A DNA stretch of 64,000 nucleotides from Thermoanaerobaculia bacterium (lineage in GTDB: Bacteria; Acidobacteriota; Thermoanaerobaculia; UBA5066; Gp7-AA6): contig DASXAG010000120.1 in the NCBI GenBank assembly GCA_036406835.1, positions 13,520-77,519 of the forward strand, read 5' to 3'. The notes under the pieces were generated by a model, which was not told the origin of the DNA, ran no database searches, and saw nothing but the letters and a program-made list of their open reading frames with translations. Position numbers and translations under genes: made by a program. Shown here in pieces: positions 19,091 to 27,584 of the stretch (positions within the stretch are counted from its first letter, which is position 1; each line of letters begins with the position of its first letter).

Positions 19091-19648
19091 TCAGCCTCCG
19101 AGAAGCGCCTTCTTCAGATCCTCTTGCACCGGGTTCGGTCCCAGCCACACGGAGAAGAGCGCGTCCGCGAAGTCGCGTCCCTCGATCGTTCCCCGATCGG
19201 TGCCGCGGACGGTGACGTGGACGCCCTTGTCGGGGACGGCGTTGAAGACGATCTCGTCCCCCTCCTTCACGTCCGGAATCATCTGCTCGAGCTTCTTGAG
19301 CCGATCCTGGAGCTTCGGCAGCTGGTCCTTCGAGTTGCGCTCGAAACCCTCGGAGATCGCCTCGCCGACCTGCGATCCCTTCAGACTGCGCAGGATCGAG
19401 AGCCGCATGCTCTTGACCTCGGAGGAGGAGACGACCGCGGCCCCGTCCTTCGACGGCGTCTCGAGGTAGAGCGCCGCGACGTAGACCTTGAAGAGGAGCT
19501 TCTTGCGCAGGCCCGCCCCGTTCAACTTCAGGGTCTTGCCCTCGGCCGTGACGGTCTCGGGAACCTGGACGCCGGCCACGTCGGCGGCGGGCAGCGCCCC
19601 GGCGGCCGCGAACAGGAGGACCGCGAGCGCGGTTCGGGCTGCTCTCAT
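19091..19648 (-). CDS. chalcone isomerase-like family protein (secreted)
   Basis: MRAARTALAVLLFAAAGALPA signal, LKLNGAGLRKKLLFKVYVAALYL typical of bacterial CHI-like proteins. ATG lies 7 nt after the ATP-grasp stop. Confidence 0.75.
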   Translation of the reverse strand: MRAARTALAVLLFAAAGALPAADVAGVQVPETVTAEGKTLKLNGAGLRKKLLFKVYVAALYLETPSKDGAAVVSSSEVKSMRLSILRSLKGSQVGEAISEGFERNSKDQLPKLQDRLKKLEQMIPDVKEGDEIVFNAVPDKGVHVTVRGTDRGTIEGRDFADALFSVWLGPNPVQEDLKKALLGG

Positions 19649-19655
19649 CTTCGCC

Positions 19656-20714
19656 TCAGGCCACAGCATATCGCCCGCGCGCGAGGTCGACGATCTCCGA
19701 GATCATCTGCGTGTAGGTCCGCTCGGCCTTCTTCGCGGCCATGAAGAACTCGGCGGCGGAGGAGAGCCAGGGATTCGGGTTCGCCTCGATGACGTAGACC
19801 TCGCCGTCCTTCGTGAGGCGGAGGTCGATGCGCCCGTAGTCCCTCAACTTGAGGGCCTGGTACGCCGCGAGGGCGGTGTCGGAGAGGCGCTTCACCGTGT
19901 CCTCGTCGAGATCCTCCGCCGGAGCGGACTTGGTGACGCGGTAGATCTCGGTGTCCTTGTCCCACTTCACTTCCTTGCCGGCGATGCGGGGCGTGCCCTC
20001 CGGGAGCTTGGAGAGGTCGAGCTCGATCAGCGGCAGGACCTCGGGGCTCTCGTTGCCGATGATCGCCGCGTAGATCTCGCGTCCCTCGATGTACTCCTCG
20101 ATGAGCGCCGGCGAGTCGAACTCCTCCTGGATGTAATGGATGCGTTCCATCAGCTCCTTGACGCTGCCGACGACCGAGCCCGTGTCGATGCCGATCGAGC
20201 CGTCCTCGGAGGTGGGCTTGACGATCAGCGGAAACGCGATGTCGTGGGAGTGGTCGAGCTTGCCCTTGTAGGACGTCGCGAAGAACGGGGTGCGGATCCC
20301 GTGAAAGGCGAAGATCTTCTTGGCCAGCGACTTGTCCTGCGCGAGGTAGAGCGCGTGCGGACCCGCCCCCGTGTAGGGCTTCTCGAGCAGATCGAGGTAC
20401 GCCGCGAGGTTCATGTCCATGGTGTCGTCGCCGGCGTAGGACTCGGTCAGATTGAAGTAGAGGTCCGCGCCGGCGCGCGCGAGAGAGATCAGCGACTGGT
20501 CGCGGCCGTCGACCACCTGGTAGCAGGGCTCGTGTCCCAGCTTCTCGAGCGCCTGGAAGATCTCCTCGCGGTCGTGCTTGGGCTTCCGCCGGCGGGGCTT
20601 GGGCTTGCGCCGCTTCGCGCCGTTCTTCGGCTTCTCGGGCGGAGGCGGCGGCGGCTCGGGCTCCTCTTCCCAGAGGTCGTAGAGGACCGCGATCTTGAGG
20701 GGTTCTCGGCTCAT
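19656..20714 (-). CDS. ATP-grasp ligase, D-alanine--D-alanine ligase-like
   Basis: MSREPLKIAVLYD..., FPLIVKPTSEDGSIGI, IEEYIEGREIY, GRIDLRLTKDGEVYVIEANPNP. Carries an unusual Pro/Lys/Arg-rich insert (EPEPPPPPPEKPKNGAKRRKPKPRRRKPK). Start overlaps the upstream stop (ATGA). Confidence 0.85.
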   Translation of the reverse strand: MSREPLKIAVLYDLWEEEPEPPPPPPEKPKNGAKRRKPKPRRRKPKHDREEIFQALEKLGHEPCYQVVDGRDQSLISLARAGADLYFNLTESYAGDDTMDMNLAAYLDLLEKPYTGAGPHALYLAQDKSLAKKIFAFHGIRTPFFATSYKGKLDHSHDIAFPLIVKPTSEDGSIGIDTGSVVGSVKELMERIHYIQEEFDSPALIEEYIEGREIYAAIIGNESPEVLPLIELDLSKLPEGTPRIAGKEVKWDKDTEIYRVTKSAPAEDLDEDTVKRLSDTALAAYQALKLRDYGRIDLRLTKDGEVYVIEANPNPWLSSAAEFFMAAKKAERTYTQMISEIVDLARGRYAVA

Positions 20715-21724
20715 GGCTGAACGAATTTCCCGCGCGTCACGTAGTTCATGGCGAGCGCGGTCGTGTACGTCGCGACTTCGGTCAGGTGCTCCTTCTCCCC
20801 CTTCACGCTCGCGCGCAGGTCGAGCTCCCCCACGCGCGTCTCGATCGACTCGACGAGGCGCTTCACCAGGGGACGCTGCACGCCGGTCCAGTACGTGACC
20901 TTGTCGATCAGCGACTTGCGGCCCTCGCGCAGCAGATCCGCCGCCGGCCGCGCGCCCGTCTTCTTCCGCTTCGAGAAGGGGAAGATGTCCTTGAGGTCGC
21001 TGTCGAGCGCGAGGTCGACCGACTGCGTCTGCTCCTCGAGCGCCTTGCGGTAGTGGTCCTCGACGGTCGTCTCCATCTCCTCCACGGTGATGTCCGTGTG
21101 GCCCTGAGGCCGGAGCGGTTCGACGTCGCGATATTTCCTCGCCATCCGGTCCACGTAGCGGAGCTTCGCCATCGCGCCCCAGCCCTTGTAGCGCTTCCGC
21201 CATGCCGACCGCGGCGTCAGCCAGACCGCGAAGGTCTCGGCGAAGTCCTCGTCGGGATGCTTCTGCGCGTACCAGCCGGCGATGTGACGGACGAAGCGGC
21301 GCGAGAACGGAACGGGACGATAGCTGTCGCGGTAGGGCCGGCGGAACGGGCCGAAGAGGTCGCGCCACTCCGGCGTGCGGTAGAGCTCGTACGCGTAGTT
21401 GAACGCGTGGCCCGCCTCGTGGCGCAGGTACATCAGGATCTCGCGGCGATCCTCGAGGTCGTTCATCTCCTTCTCGAGCCGCGCGAGCTTGGGATCGGCC
21501 AGGTAGAACGGGATCCCGATGACCGGTTCGCCCGAGGGACAGCCCCACTCGTCGGTGAGGTAGCACAGCGGCCGGAACTTCCGGAGCCCCTTGCGCTCGA
21601 GCTCGCGATAGAGCTGCTGCACGAGACGCTCGAGCGGGGATCCTTCGAGCTTGAGACCGAGCTCCTTGATGGGCTTGGTCAGGATTTCCTGGACGTCCGG
21701 CGGGGCTTTCTCGAAAGCTCGCAA
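20711..21724 (-). CDS. putative zinc metallopeptidase (HExxH)
   Basis: LRHEAGHAFNYAY zincin motif. Resembles the putative zinc-binding metallopeptidase family often paired with ATP-grasp genes. Confidence 0.8.
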   Translation of the reverse strand: MRAFEKAPPDVQEILTKPIKELGLKLEGSPLERLVQQLYRELERKGLRKFRPLCYLTDEWGCPSGEPVIGIPFYLADPKLARLEKEMNDLEDRREILMYLRHEAGHAFNYAYELYRTPEWRDLFGPFRRPYRDSYRPVPFSRRFVRHIAGWYAQKHPDEDFAETFAVWLTPRSAWRKRYKGWGAMAKLRYVDRMARKYRDVEPLRPQGHTDITVEEMETTVEDHYRKALEEQTQSVDLALDSDLKDIFPFSKRKKTGARPAADLLREGRKSLIDKVTYWTGVQRPLVKRLVESIETRVGELDLRASVKGEKEHLTEVATYTTALAMNYVTRGKFVQP

Positions 21725-21820
21725 AGGATTACGTGGATCAGGGTAACACAGAGAACCGCTCCGACGCGCGGCCGGCGCGCCGATGGCGGGCTACAATGAA
21801 CGTTTCCGAGGAGGAAAAGA

Positions 21821-22039
21821 ATGGCCGATGCGTCGATCAAAGTGATCCCGAACGGTCCGTACCGCGTGACGGGACCGGCGAAGCTCACGGATCCCCAGGG
21901 CAACGAGATCGTGATCGAAGACGGGCGCGCCGTTTCTCTGTGTCGTTGCGGCGGCTCGACGAACAAACCCTACTGCGACGGCACGCACAGCCGCATCGGA
22001 TTCCAGGCCGCCGAAGAGGCGGTTCGCAAGAGCGGCTAA
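21821..22039 (+). CDS. CDGSH-type iron-sulfur domain protein
   Basis: CRCGGSTNKPYCDGTHS motif. SD gaggagg. A TACAAT box lies at 21792-21797. Confidence 0.9.
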   Translation: MADASIKVIPNGPYRVTGPAKLTDPQGNEIVIEDGRAVSLCRCGGSTNKPYCDGTHSRIGFQAAEEAVRKSG

Positions 22040-22041
22040 CC

Positions 22042-23331
22042 TTGCTCTCCGCGGCCGCGCTGATCGCCGGCCTCGCGCTGGCGACGCCGGAAACGATGTC
22101 GCCGCGGCTCTCCGCGGATCTCGACGGAGACGGAACCGCCGACGTCGTGACCGCATCCGCGACGCACGGCGCGGTGAGCCTCAAGGTGCAGAGCGGGAAG
22201 CACGCCGTGACCGCGAAGGCGCCCGCTCCGTCGGAGGACGTCGTCCGCGTGTCGCTGACCGAGGCGCCGCTCGGCGCCGTCGGCTCGCTTCTCGAAGTGG
22301 GCGCGTCGACCGACGCGTCCGAGTGTCTCTCCGTATGGCGCTACAAGGACGGCGCGCTCACGCGTCTCCCGATCCGAGGCGCGGGAGGCCGCGAGCTGCC
22401 GGACTGCGCGGCCCGCGCCGGCGGCGCGAGCGGCGGCGGCGAGTGGACGCATCGATGGGAGCGGCCCGCGGCCGACGCCCCATCGGTCCTCGTCCGTGAG
22501 CAGACGGCGAAGGCCGCGCACGGCACGCTGCGCCGCCGCGAGACCTACGCGTTCGCCGGGTTCTCTCTGGACCTCGATCCCGCGCGTTCCGGTACGGACG
22601 TCGACGGGATTCCGATCCCGGCCTGGTACGACGCCCGCTACTACGCGCAGGCGGGACTCAAGCAGCTCTACGAGCGCTTCGACCTGGCATCGTTCCGTGC
22701 GATGCCCAGCCTGACGATCGAGGCGGACCGCGACAAGGGGATCTTCAACCTGCGTTTCCGGACCGGGTCGAGCGAGTTGATCGCGCCGGTCGAGTCGTTC
22801 TCGTCCGTGCGCGCGCAGGGAACGGCGTCTCTCGTGGCCCGCGCCGGCGAGAAGACCGTCCACGCCGACGTCCGACTCGGAGGGGACGGCAACGTTCCCT
22901 ACGAGGTGACCGTGGACGGCCTGGGTGCCGAGCTGGATCAGACCTACGGGCCGGCCGGGAGCTGGGAGGGTCGCGCGCGCCGCGTGTTCACGAGCGCCGC
23001 CGACGAAATCGCCGCCGAGTATTTCGATGCGGATTGGAACACGCCCTCGGGCGGCAAGGTGACCACGGGGCCCGACGGGTCTCCCCCGTACCGTGTCCGC
23101 GTCGAGGAGCGCGTGTTCACGCTCGATCTCGACCATCCTCAAAAAGGAGTGGAGATCGCCCTTCTGCCGACCGACGGCTCCCGCCGCGGCTGGGGAATCA
23201 CCCTCGCGGGACCGAACGCCATCGTTCGGACGCCGATGAGCTGCGAGTCCGCCGGCGACGGCTCGTCATGCCGCCCGGACGGACCGACGGAGCGTCTGAG
23301 GCGGATCGGGGCGCGGATCAACGTCCGCTAG
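22042..23331 (+). CDS. hypothetical secreted protein (start uncertain, TTG 22042 proposed)
   Basis: Hydrophobic N-terminus LLSAAALIAGLALA, an FG-GAP-like DLDGDGTADVV, and ordinary composition through to 23331. Confidence 0.55.
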   Translation: MLSAAALIAGLALATPETMSPRLSADLDGDGTADVVTASATHGAVSLKVQSGKHAVTAKAPAPSEDVVRVSLTEAPLGAVGSLLEVGASTDASECLSVWRYKDGALTRLPIRGAGGRELPDCAARAGGASGGGEWTHRWERPAADAPSVLVREQTAKAAHGTLRRRETYAFAGFSLDLDPARSGTDVDGIPIPAWYDARYYAQAGLKQLYERFDLASFRAMPSLTIEADRDKGIFNLRFRTGSSELIAPVESFSSVRAQGTASLVARAGEKTVHADVRLGGDGNVPYEVTVDGLGAELDQTYGPAGSWEGRARRVFTSAADEIAAEYFDADWNTPSGGKVTTGPDGSPPYRVRVEERVFTLDLDHPQKGVEIALLPTDGSRRGWGITLAGPNAIVRTPMSCESAGDGSSCRPDGPTERLRRIGARINVR

Positions 23332-23386
23332 GCGGCCGCCCGAAGCGCGCGAAAACCTGCTAACCTTCGTCAGGATAAACGCTTAG

Positions 23387-24574
23387 ATGGAGCTCTGGCA
23401 TCCCGGGCTCGGCGTCCAGACAGTGGGCGCCGCCCTTCTTTCCGCGATCTTCCTCTACCTCTCGCGAGGCCGGGGCAACCGCGTGCTGCAGGCGGCCGGC
23501 ATCGCCTGGTTCTTCCTGTTTCTCTCGGTGCTCTCGCTGCTGCTCCTCGAGCACCTGAAGGAGCCCTGGGGGTGGCGGCTCTTCCAGTACTTCAAGATCC
23601 TGTACATCGTCACGATGTGCGTGGCGGCGATCCGGCTGGACCGCGACGTCTCGCTCGCCAAGCCGCTCTCGGTGGCGGCCATCGCCGCGATCCCGTTCTC
23701 GCTGATGGCCGTGGGCCAGAACCCGGCCCAGAGCATCTACTTCTTCGACTTCCATCTGGGAGTTCTCGCGGTCGGCTGGCTCGTGCTCGCGGTCTACATC
23801 TTCCAGAGCCCGCGCGCCGGGCTCGGCCGCCAGTTCGCGGGACTTCTCGCGCTGGTCACGGCCGGGGCCCATCTCATCTACATCATCGTGGTCAACACGT
23901 CGCCGACGAAGGAACCGCTGAAGACGCTGGGTTACACGCAATTCCTGGACGTCCTGCTCGAGATGCTCTTCGGCATCGGCCTGATCATCTGGGCCATGGA
24001 GGACACCGAGCGGCGTCTCGCCGCCCTGCACGCACGGACGGTCGACGACACGCGCCGCTCGCAGCGGCGGGCCTGGCTCGATCCGCTGACGGAGACGCAC
24101 AACCGGTTCTTCCTCGACGAGATTCGGCCGCAGCTCGAGGCGAGCGAGCAGGGCGGCTCGATCGTGCTGATCGACGTCGACGGGTTGAAGCGCATCAACG
24201 ACGAGGAGGGTCACGAGGAAGGCGACAAGGCGATCTGGACCGTGGCCACCGCCATCAAGAAGCTCGTGCGCGGCAACGACCACGTGATCCGCTGGGGCGG
24301 CGACGAGTTCCTCGTGATCCTTCCCGGCATGGAGGAGGAGCTCGCGCGCAAGCGCTTCTACATGATGCCGGCCAAGATGGACGAGGTCAAACAGTCCACC
24401 AAGCCCGGCTCCAAGCCCTACACGCGATTCCTGGCGGCGTCGGTCGGCGTGCATCCGTATTCGAAGCGTGCGCCGCTCGACCTCGCCATCTCGCAGGCAG
24501 ACCGAGTGATGTACGAGCGCAAGCGCGCGCACCGCGAGCTGCGCGGACCGGGAGGAGGAGAAAGGAAACCGTGA
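23387..24574 (+). CDS. membrane-bound diguanylate cyclase (GGDEF)
   Basis: About 6 N-terminal TM helices, then DPLTETHNRFF, VDGLKRINDEEGHEEGD, IRWGGDEFLVIL. Confidence 0.9.
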   Translation: MELWHPGLGVQTVGAALLSAIFLYLSRGRGNRVLQAAGIAWFFLFLSVLSLLLLEHLKEPWGWRLFQYFKILYIVTMCVAAIRLDRDVSLAKPLSVAAIAAIPFSLMAVGQNPAQSIYFFDFHLGVLAVGWLVLAVYIFQSPRAGLGRQFAGLLALVTAGAHLIYIIVVNTSPTKEPLKTLGYTQFLDVLLEMLFGIGLIIWAMEDTERRLAALHARTVDDTRRSQRRAWLDPLTETHNRFFLDEIRPQLEASEQGGSIVLIDVDGLKRINDEEGHEEGDKAIWTVATAIKKLVRGNDHVIRWGGDEFLVILPGMEEELARKRFYMMPAKMDEVKQSTKPGSKPYTRFLAASVGVHPYSKRAPLDLAISQADRVMYERKRAHRELRGPGGGERKP

Positions 24575-24843
24575 ACGCGATGGACTCCATGTATGTCTGG
24601 ACCTTCTGCCCGAAGTGCGAGGGACAGCTGACGATCCAGTTCGCACGCACCGACGCCGGGCTCTCGGGGTCCCTGCGGCGCTGGTCGCGGGACCGGTCGG
24701 TCAACGACGGGCGCCGGCTCGAAATCCCCGCGGCCGAGGTCGCCGCGGACGGCGCCTTCCAGACGACGTGCCTGTGCGGGCAGGCGATCCCGGTGGCGGC
24801 GGACGCGATCCAGCTGGCGACGTCTGAACGGCCGGCGGTCTAG
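24571..24843 (+). CDS. small zinc-ribbon-like protein, function unknown
   Basis: CPKC ... CLC cysteine pairs. GTG at 24571 overlaps the GGDEF stop (GTGA), with an alternative ATG at 24580. Confidence 0.5.
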   Translation: MNAMDSMYVWTFCPKCEGQLTIQFARTDAGLSGSLRRWSRDRSVNDGRRLEIPAAEVAADGAFQTTCLCGQAIPVAADAIQLATSERPAV

Positions 24844-25115
24844 CGCGGCGGCGGCGTCCCCTTCAGGATCACCACCGTCGCGCCCATGCCTCCCCGCTCG
24901 GGCGGCGCGTCGAAGAACGTCTCGACGTCGGCGCGTTTCGCGAGCACCATCCGCACCTCCGCCCGGCGCACGCCGATGCCCTTGCCGTGGATCAGGCGCA
25001 CCTGGCGGAAGCCCGCGATCGCGGCCTGACCCAGGTACTCGTCGACGACCGAGCGGATGTCCCGCGGACGGAAGGAGTGGAGGTCGAACGAGTCCTCGAT
25101 GGGGATTATTTGCAT
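24840..25115 (-). CDS. Smr domain protein
   Basis: DLHSFRPRDI...VRLIHGKGIGVRR. Shares a palindromic CTAG stop with the convergent gene. Confidence 0.85.
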   Translation of the reverse strand: MQIIPIEDSFDLHSFRPRDIRSVVDEYLGQAAIAGFRQVRLIHGKGIGVRRAEVRMVLAKRADVETFFDAPPERGGMGATVVILKGTPPPR

Positions 25116-25151
25116 GCGCGCCTCGGGGCGACGACTCGCACCCCCGGCTCC

Positions 25152-25604
25152 CTACGTCTCCTCGATCTCGACCCGGAGCTCCATCGACGCGCGGACGACC
25201 TTCGAAAGGATGCAGTACTTCTCGGCCAGCGACAGCGACTTCTCGACGCCGGCGCGGTTTGCGGCGAGCAAGGCGCGCGGAACCGCGGGGCGGATCACGG
25301 CGCGCTCGAAGCGGTAGCCGCCCGCCGGATCCTTGCCGAGCTCCCCCGAGACCTGGAGGGAGAGCTCGGGGTGATCGAGGTTCAGTTTCTTCACGAAGAT
25401 GGCCCACGTGTTGACGAAGCACGCGCCGAGCGCCGCGAGCAGGAGCTCCTCCGGGTTGGCGCCGGTTCCCGCGCCGCCGAGGACGGTCGCGCCCGCGATC
25501 GGGACCGACGGGAAGTTCTGCTTCGCGACCGATCCGTGCCCCATCGCGTCGCCGCGCCAGGAGGCGTGAATCGAGAAACGGTGAATCTCTTCGGCGTCCG
25601 CCAC
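25152..25604 (-). CDS. OsmC-family peroxiredoxin
   Basis: NPEELLLAALGACF and AEKYCILSKV, the two conserved Cys motifs. Confidence 0.9.
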   Translation of the reverse strand: MADAEEIHRFSIHASWRGDAMGHGSVAKQNFPSVPIAGATVLGGAGTGANPEELLLAALGACFVNTWAIFVKKLNLDHPELSLQVSGELGKDPAGGYRFERAVIRPAVPRALLAANRAGVEKSLSLAEKYCILSKVVRASMELRVEIEET

Positions 25605-25610
25605 GGCGCG

Positions 25611-25616
25611 ATTCTA
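25611..25616 (-). promoter_or_regulatory. candidate -10 box TAGAAT, 6 nt upstream of the OsmC GTG start (leaderless-type)
   Basis: Plus attcta at 25611-25616, GTG start at 25604. Confidence 0.4.
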
Positions 25617-25730
25617 ACTTGGCCGCGGCGGTCACTTCGCGACCGGCGGCCGGAAATTGACAATCCGGACCGGCGCCATGAGGTCGTCGGTTCTTCGAGT
25701 CGCCTCCGCGCGTTAGCATCGACGACCGCG

Positions 25731-26207
25731 ATGAGACTTTCTCGCCTTTGCATGCTTTTGCTCGCCTTCGGAATCGACGCCTGCGCCGCCGCGCCGAAGC
25801 CGACGGCCGAGATGTTGCGCGTCGAAGCCCAGCCGCGAGCGACCGTCGAGGGCCGGGTCACCGACGCGGAGGGCCGGCCCGTCGCCGGCATCTCCGTGCG
25901 CGGGATTCCCCGCGGCCGCGACATCCCCTGGCTTCCGTGGACCGTGACGGGCTGCGACGGAAGCTATCGCCTCACGCTCGCCGCTCCCGCCCACTACGCC
26001 TTCCAGGTCCTCTGGAGGGGTCGCTCCGTGATCACCGAGGACCCGCGGGATCCGGCGCGGGTGGAGGTCGGGCTCCTGCCGGGGGAGCGCCGGACGGGCG
26101 TCGACCTCGTCTTTCTTCCGGCGCTGTGGCGGCCGGTCACGGGAGCGGCGTGGGAGCCGCCGGCGACGGCGTCGGCGTCGGCGTCGAAGGAGCCGCCGTG
26201 TCCGTGA
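25731..26207 (+). CDS. lipoprotein with a carboxypeptidase-regulatory-like domain
   Basis: MRLSRLCMLLLAFGIDAC lipobox and GRVTDAEGRPVAGISV...DGSYRL. The 3' end overlaps the convergent MBL gene by 71 nt, so one end may be over-called. Confidence 0.6.
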   Translation: MRLSRLCMLLLAFGIDACAAAPKPTAEMLRVEAQPRATVEGRVTDAEGRPVAGISVRGIPRGRDIPWLPWTVTGCDGSYRLTLAAPAHYAFQVLWRGRSVITEDPRDPARVEVGLLPGERRTGVDLVFLPALWRPVTGAAWEPPATASASASKEPPCP

Positions 26208-27087
26208 GCTCGCGCTCCACGTCCGCCACGGACTCGTCGAGATGCTCGCTCCACGTCCAGCTCCGGAAGGGCGCGAGCCGCGGCATCACGTCTTCGACGA
26301 GCGCGGATCCCGTCTTGCCCTGCTGGAGCCCGCGCGCCACCGAGAGTCTCAGCGTCACCAGGAAATCGCGCAGCGCCCGCATGTCGAGCGGGCGCGCGAT
26401 TCCGCCGTGGCCGGGAACGATCGTCGCGGAGGGGAAGCTTCGGGTGAGCTCGTCGAGGGTCCGCACCCACGCGTCCGTGTTCGCGTCCGACAGGTTCGGC
26501 ACGGTCCCCTTCTGGAGGAGGTCTCCCCCGAAGAGCACGCCGGCGTCGGGGACGGAGACGAGCGAGTCGCCGTCGGTGTGCCCGGGTTTCGTGAAGACGT
26601 CGACGCGCCGGTCGCCCAGCCAGATCGAGAGCGCGTCGCGATAGGTCAGGGACGGCAGCTCGAGACGCCGCGCCTTCTCGTCCGCTCCGCCGTCCCGCTG
26701 CAGACGCGCGAGCATCCCCGCGCGCGCGTTCTCGGTGGAGACGACGGTGGCGCCCGCCCTCGCGAACACCGCGTTGCCGCCCCAGTGGTCGCGGTGGCGG
26801 TGCGTGTCGACCAGCCAGCGGACGGGCCTCGGCGTCGTCTTGCGGATCCGGGCGAGCAGCGCCTCGGCCGCCTGCCGGGTCGCGAAGGCGTCGACGACCA
26901 GCACCGCCTCGGAGCCGACGACGAAGCCGGCGTTGCCGATGGTCGTCTCGTCCCCGGCCTTCGCGATGGCCGCGAAGACGCCCGGTTTCACCTCCGTCAG
27001 CGCGAACGCGTCCGGGGGCGGAGCGGGCTCGGCGGCCGAGAGAGCGCCGACGACGGTCATCCAGCCGAGGACGGCGGTTCCGCGCAC
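26137..27087 (-). CDS. MBL-fold metallo-hydrolase (secreted)
   Basis: VDTHRHRDHWGGN (HxHxDH) and PGHTDGDS. GTG start at 27087 gives signal peptide MRGTAVLGWMTVVGALSA. Confidence 0.85.
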   Translation of the reverse strand: MRGTAVLGWMTVVGALSAAEPAPPPDAFALTEVKPGVFAAIAKAGDETTIGNAGFVVGSEAVLVVDAFATRQAAEALLARIRKTTPRPVRWLVDTHRHRDHWGGNAVFARAGATVVSTENARAGMLARLQRDGGADEKARRLELPSLTYRDALSIWLGDRRVDVFTKPGHTDGDSLVSVPDAGVLFGGDLLQKGTVPNLSDANTDAWVRTLDELTRSFPSATIVPGHGGIARPLDMRALRDFLVTLRLSVARGLQQGKTGSALVEDVMPRLAPFRSWTWSEHLDESVADVERELTDTAAPSTPTPTPSPAAPTPLP

Positions 27088-27117
27088 GGACGCGGATTGT
27101 AGCCGCCCGGTCGCCCG

Positions 27118-27123
27118 TATAAT
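27118..27123 (+). promoter_or_regulatory. consensus -10 box TATAAT, 7 nt upstream of ATG 27131 (leaderless-type)
   Basis: tataat at 27118-27123, then ccgggca, then ATG. No SD. Confidence 0.45.
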
Positions 27124-27130
27124 CCGGGCA

Positions 27131-27505
27131 ATGCTGAATGCCGCGAACCCGAAGCACGAGCGGCGCCGCGTGCGCTGCGTCATCAATGGCAAGGAGATCG
27201 ACGTCTGGGAGGGATACCGTCTCTGGGACGCGGCGTACGAAGCCGACGCGAAGCTGTGGAAGTGGTGCGGCGGGGACGGCCTCTGTGCGACCTGCTGCGT
27301 GGTGCCGCTCTCCGGGGGAGAGAATCTTTCGCCGCCGACGAAGCTCGAGAAGTTCTCGCTCGCGCTCTGGTTCCTGAAGCCGCTCGCCCTCGTCCGCAAG
27401 CGGTGGAAGGACAAGCCGGTCCGGCTGGCCTGCCAGTCGTACGTGCAGGGACCGGTCGAGGTCGTCGGCGTTCTCGGCCGCGCCGGGAAAGAGACGCTGG
27501 AGTAG
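27131..27505 (+). CDS. 2Fe-2S ferredoxin-like protein
   Basis: CGGDGLCATCC ... C cluster pattern. 124 aa. Confidence 0.7.
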   Translation: MLNAANPKHERRRVRCVINGKEIDVWEGYRLWDAAYEADAKLWKWCGGDGLCATCCVVPLSGGENLSPPTKLEKFSLALWFLKPLALVRKRWKDKPVRLACQSYVQGPVEVVGVLGRAGKETLE

Positions 27506-27580
27506 TTTTCAGTCTTCAGTTCTCAGTTGTCAGTTTCCGGAGTTCCCGACTGAGAACCGATCACTGACGACTGAAGACTT
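27506..27580. repeat. mirror-symmetric heptad array: 4 x (nnTCAGT), 14-nt spacer, 4 x (ACTGAnn)
   Basis: TCAGT at 27509, 27516, 27523, 27530. ACTGA or ACCGA at 27549, 27556, 27563, 27570. The outer 10-bp perfect stem is agtcttcagt (27511-27520) with actgaagact (27570-27579). Confidence 0.8.
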
Positions 27581-27584
27581 CCCC

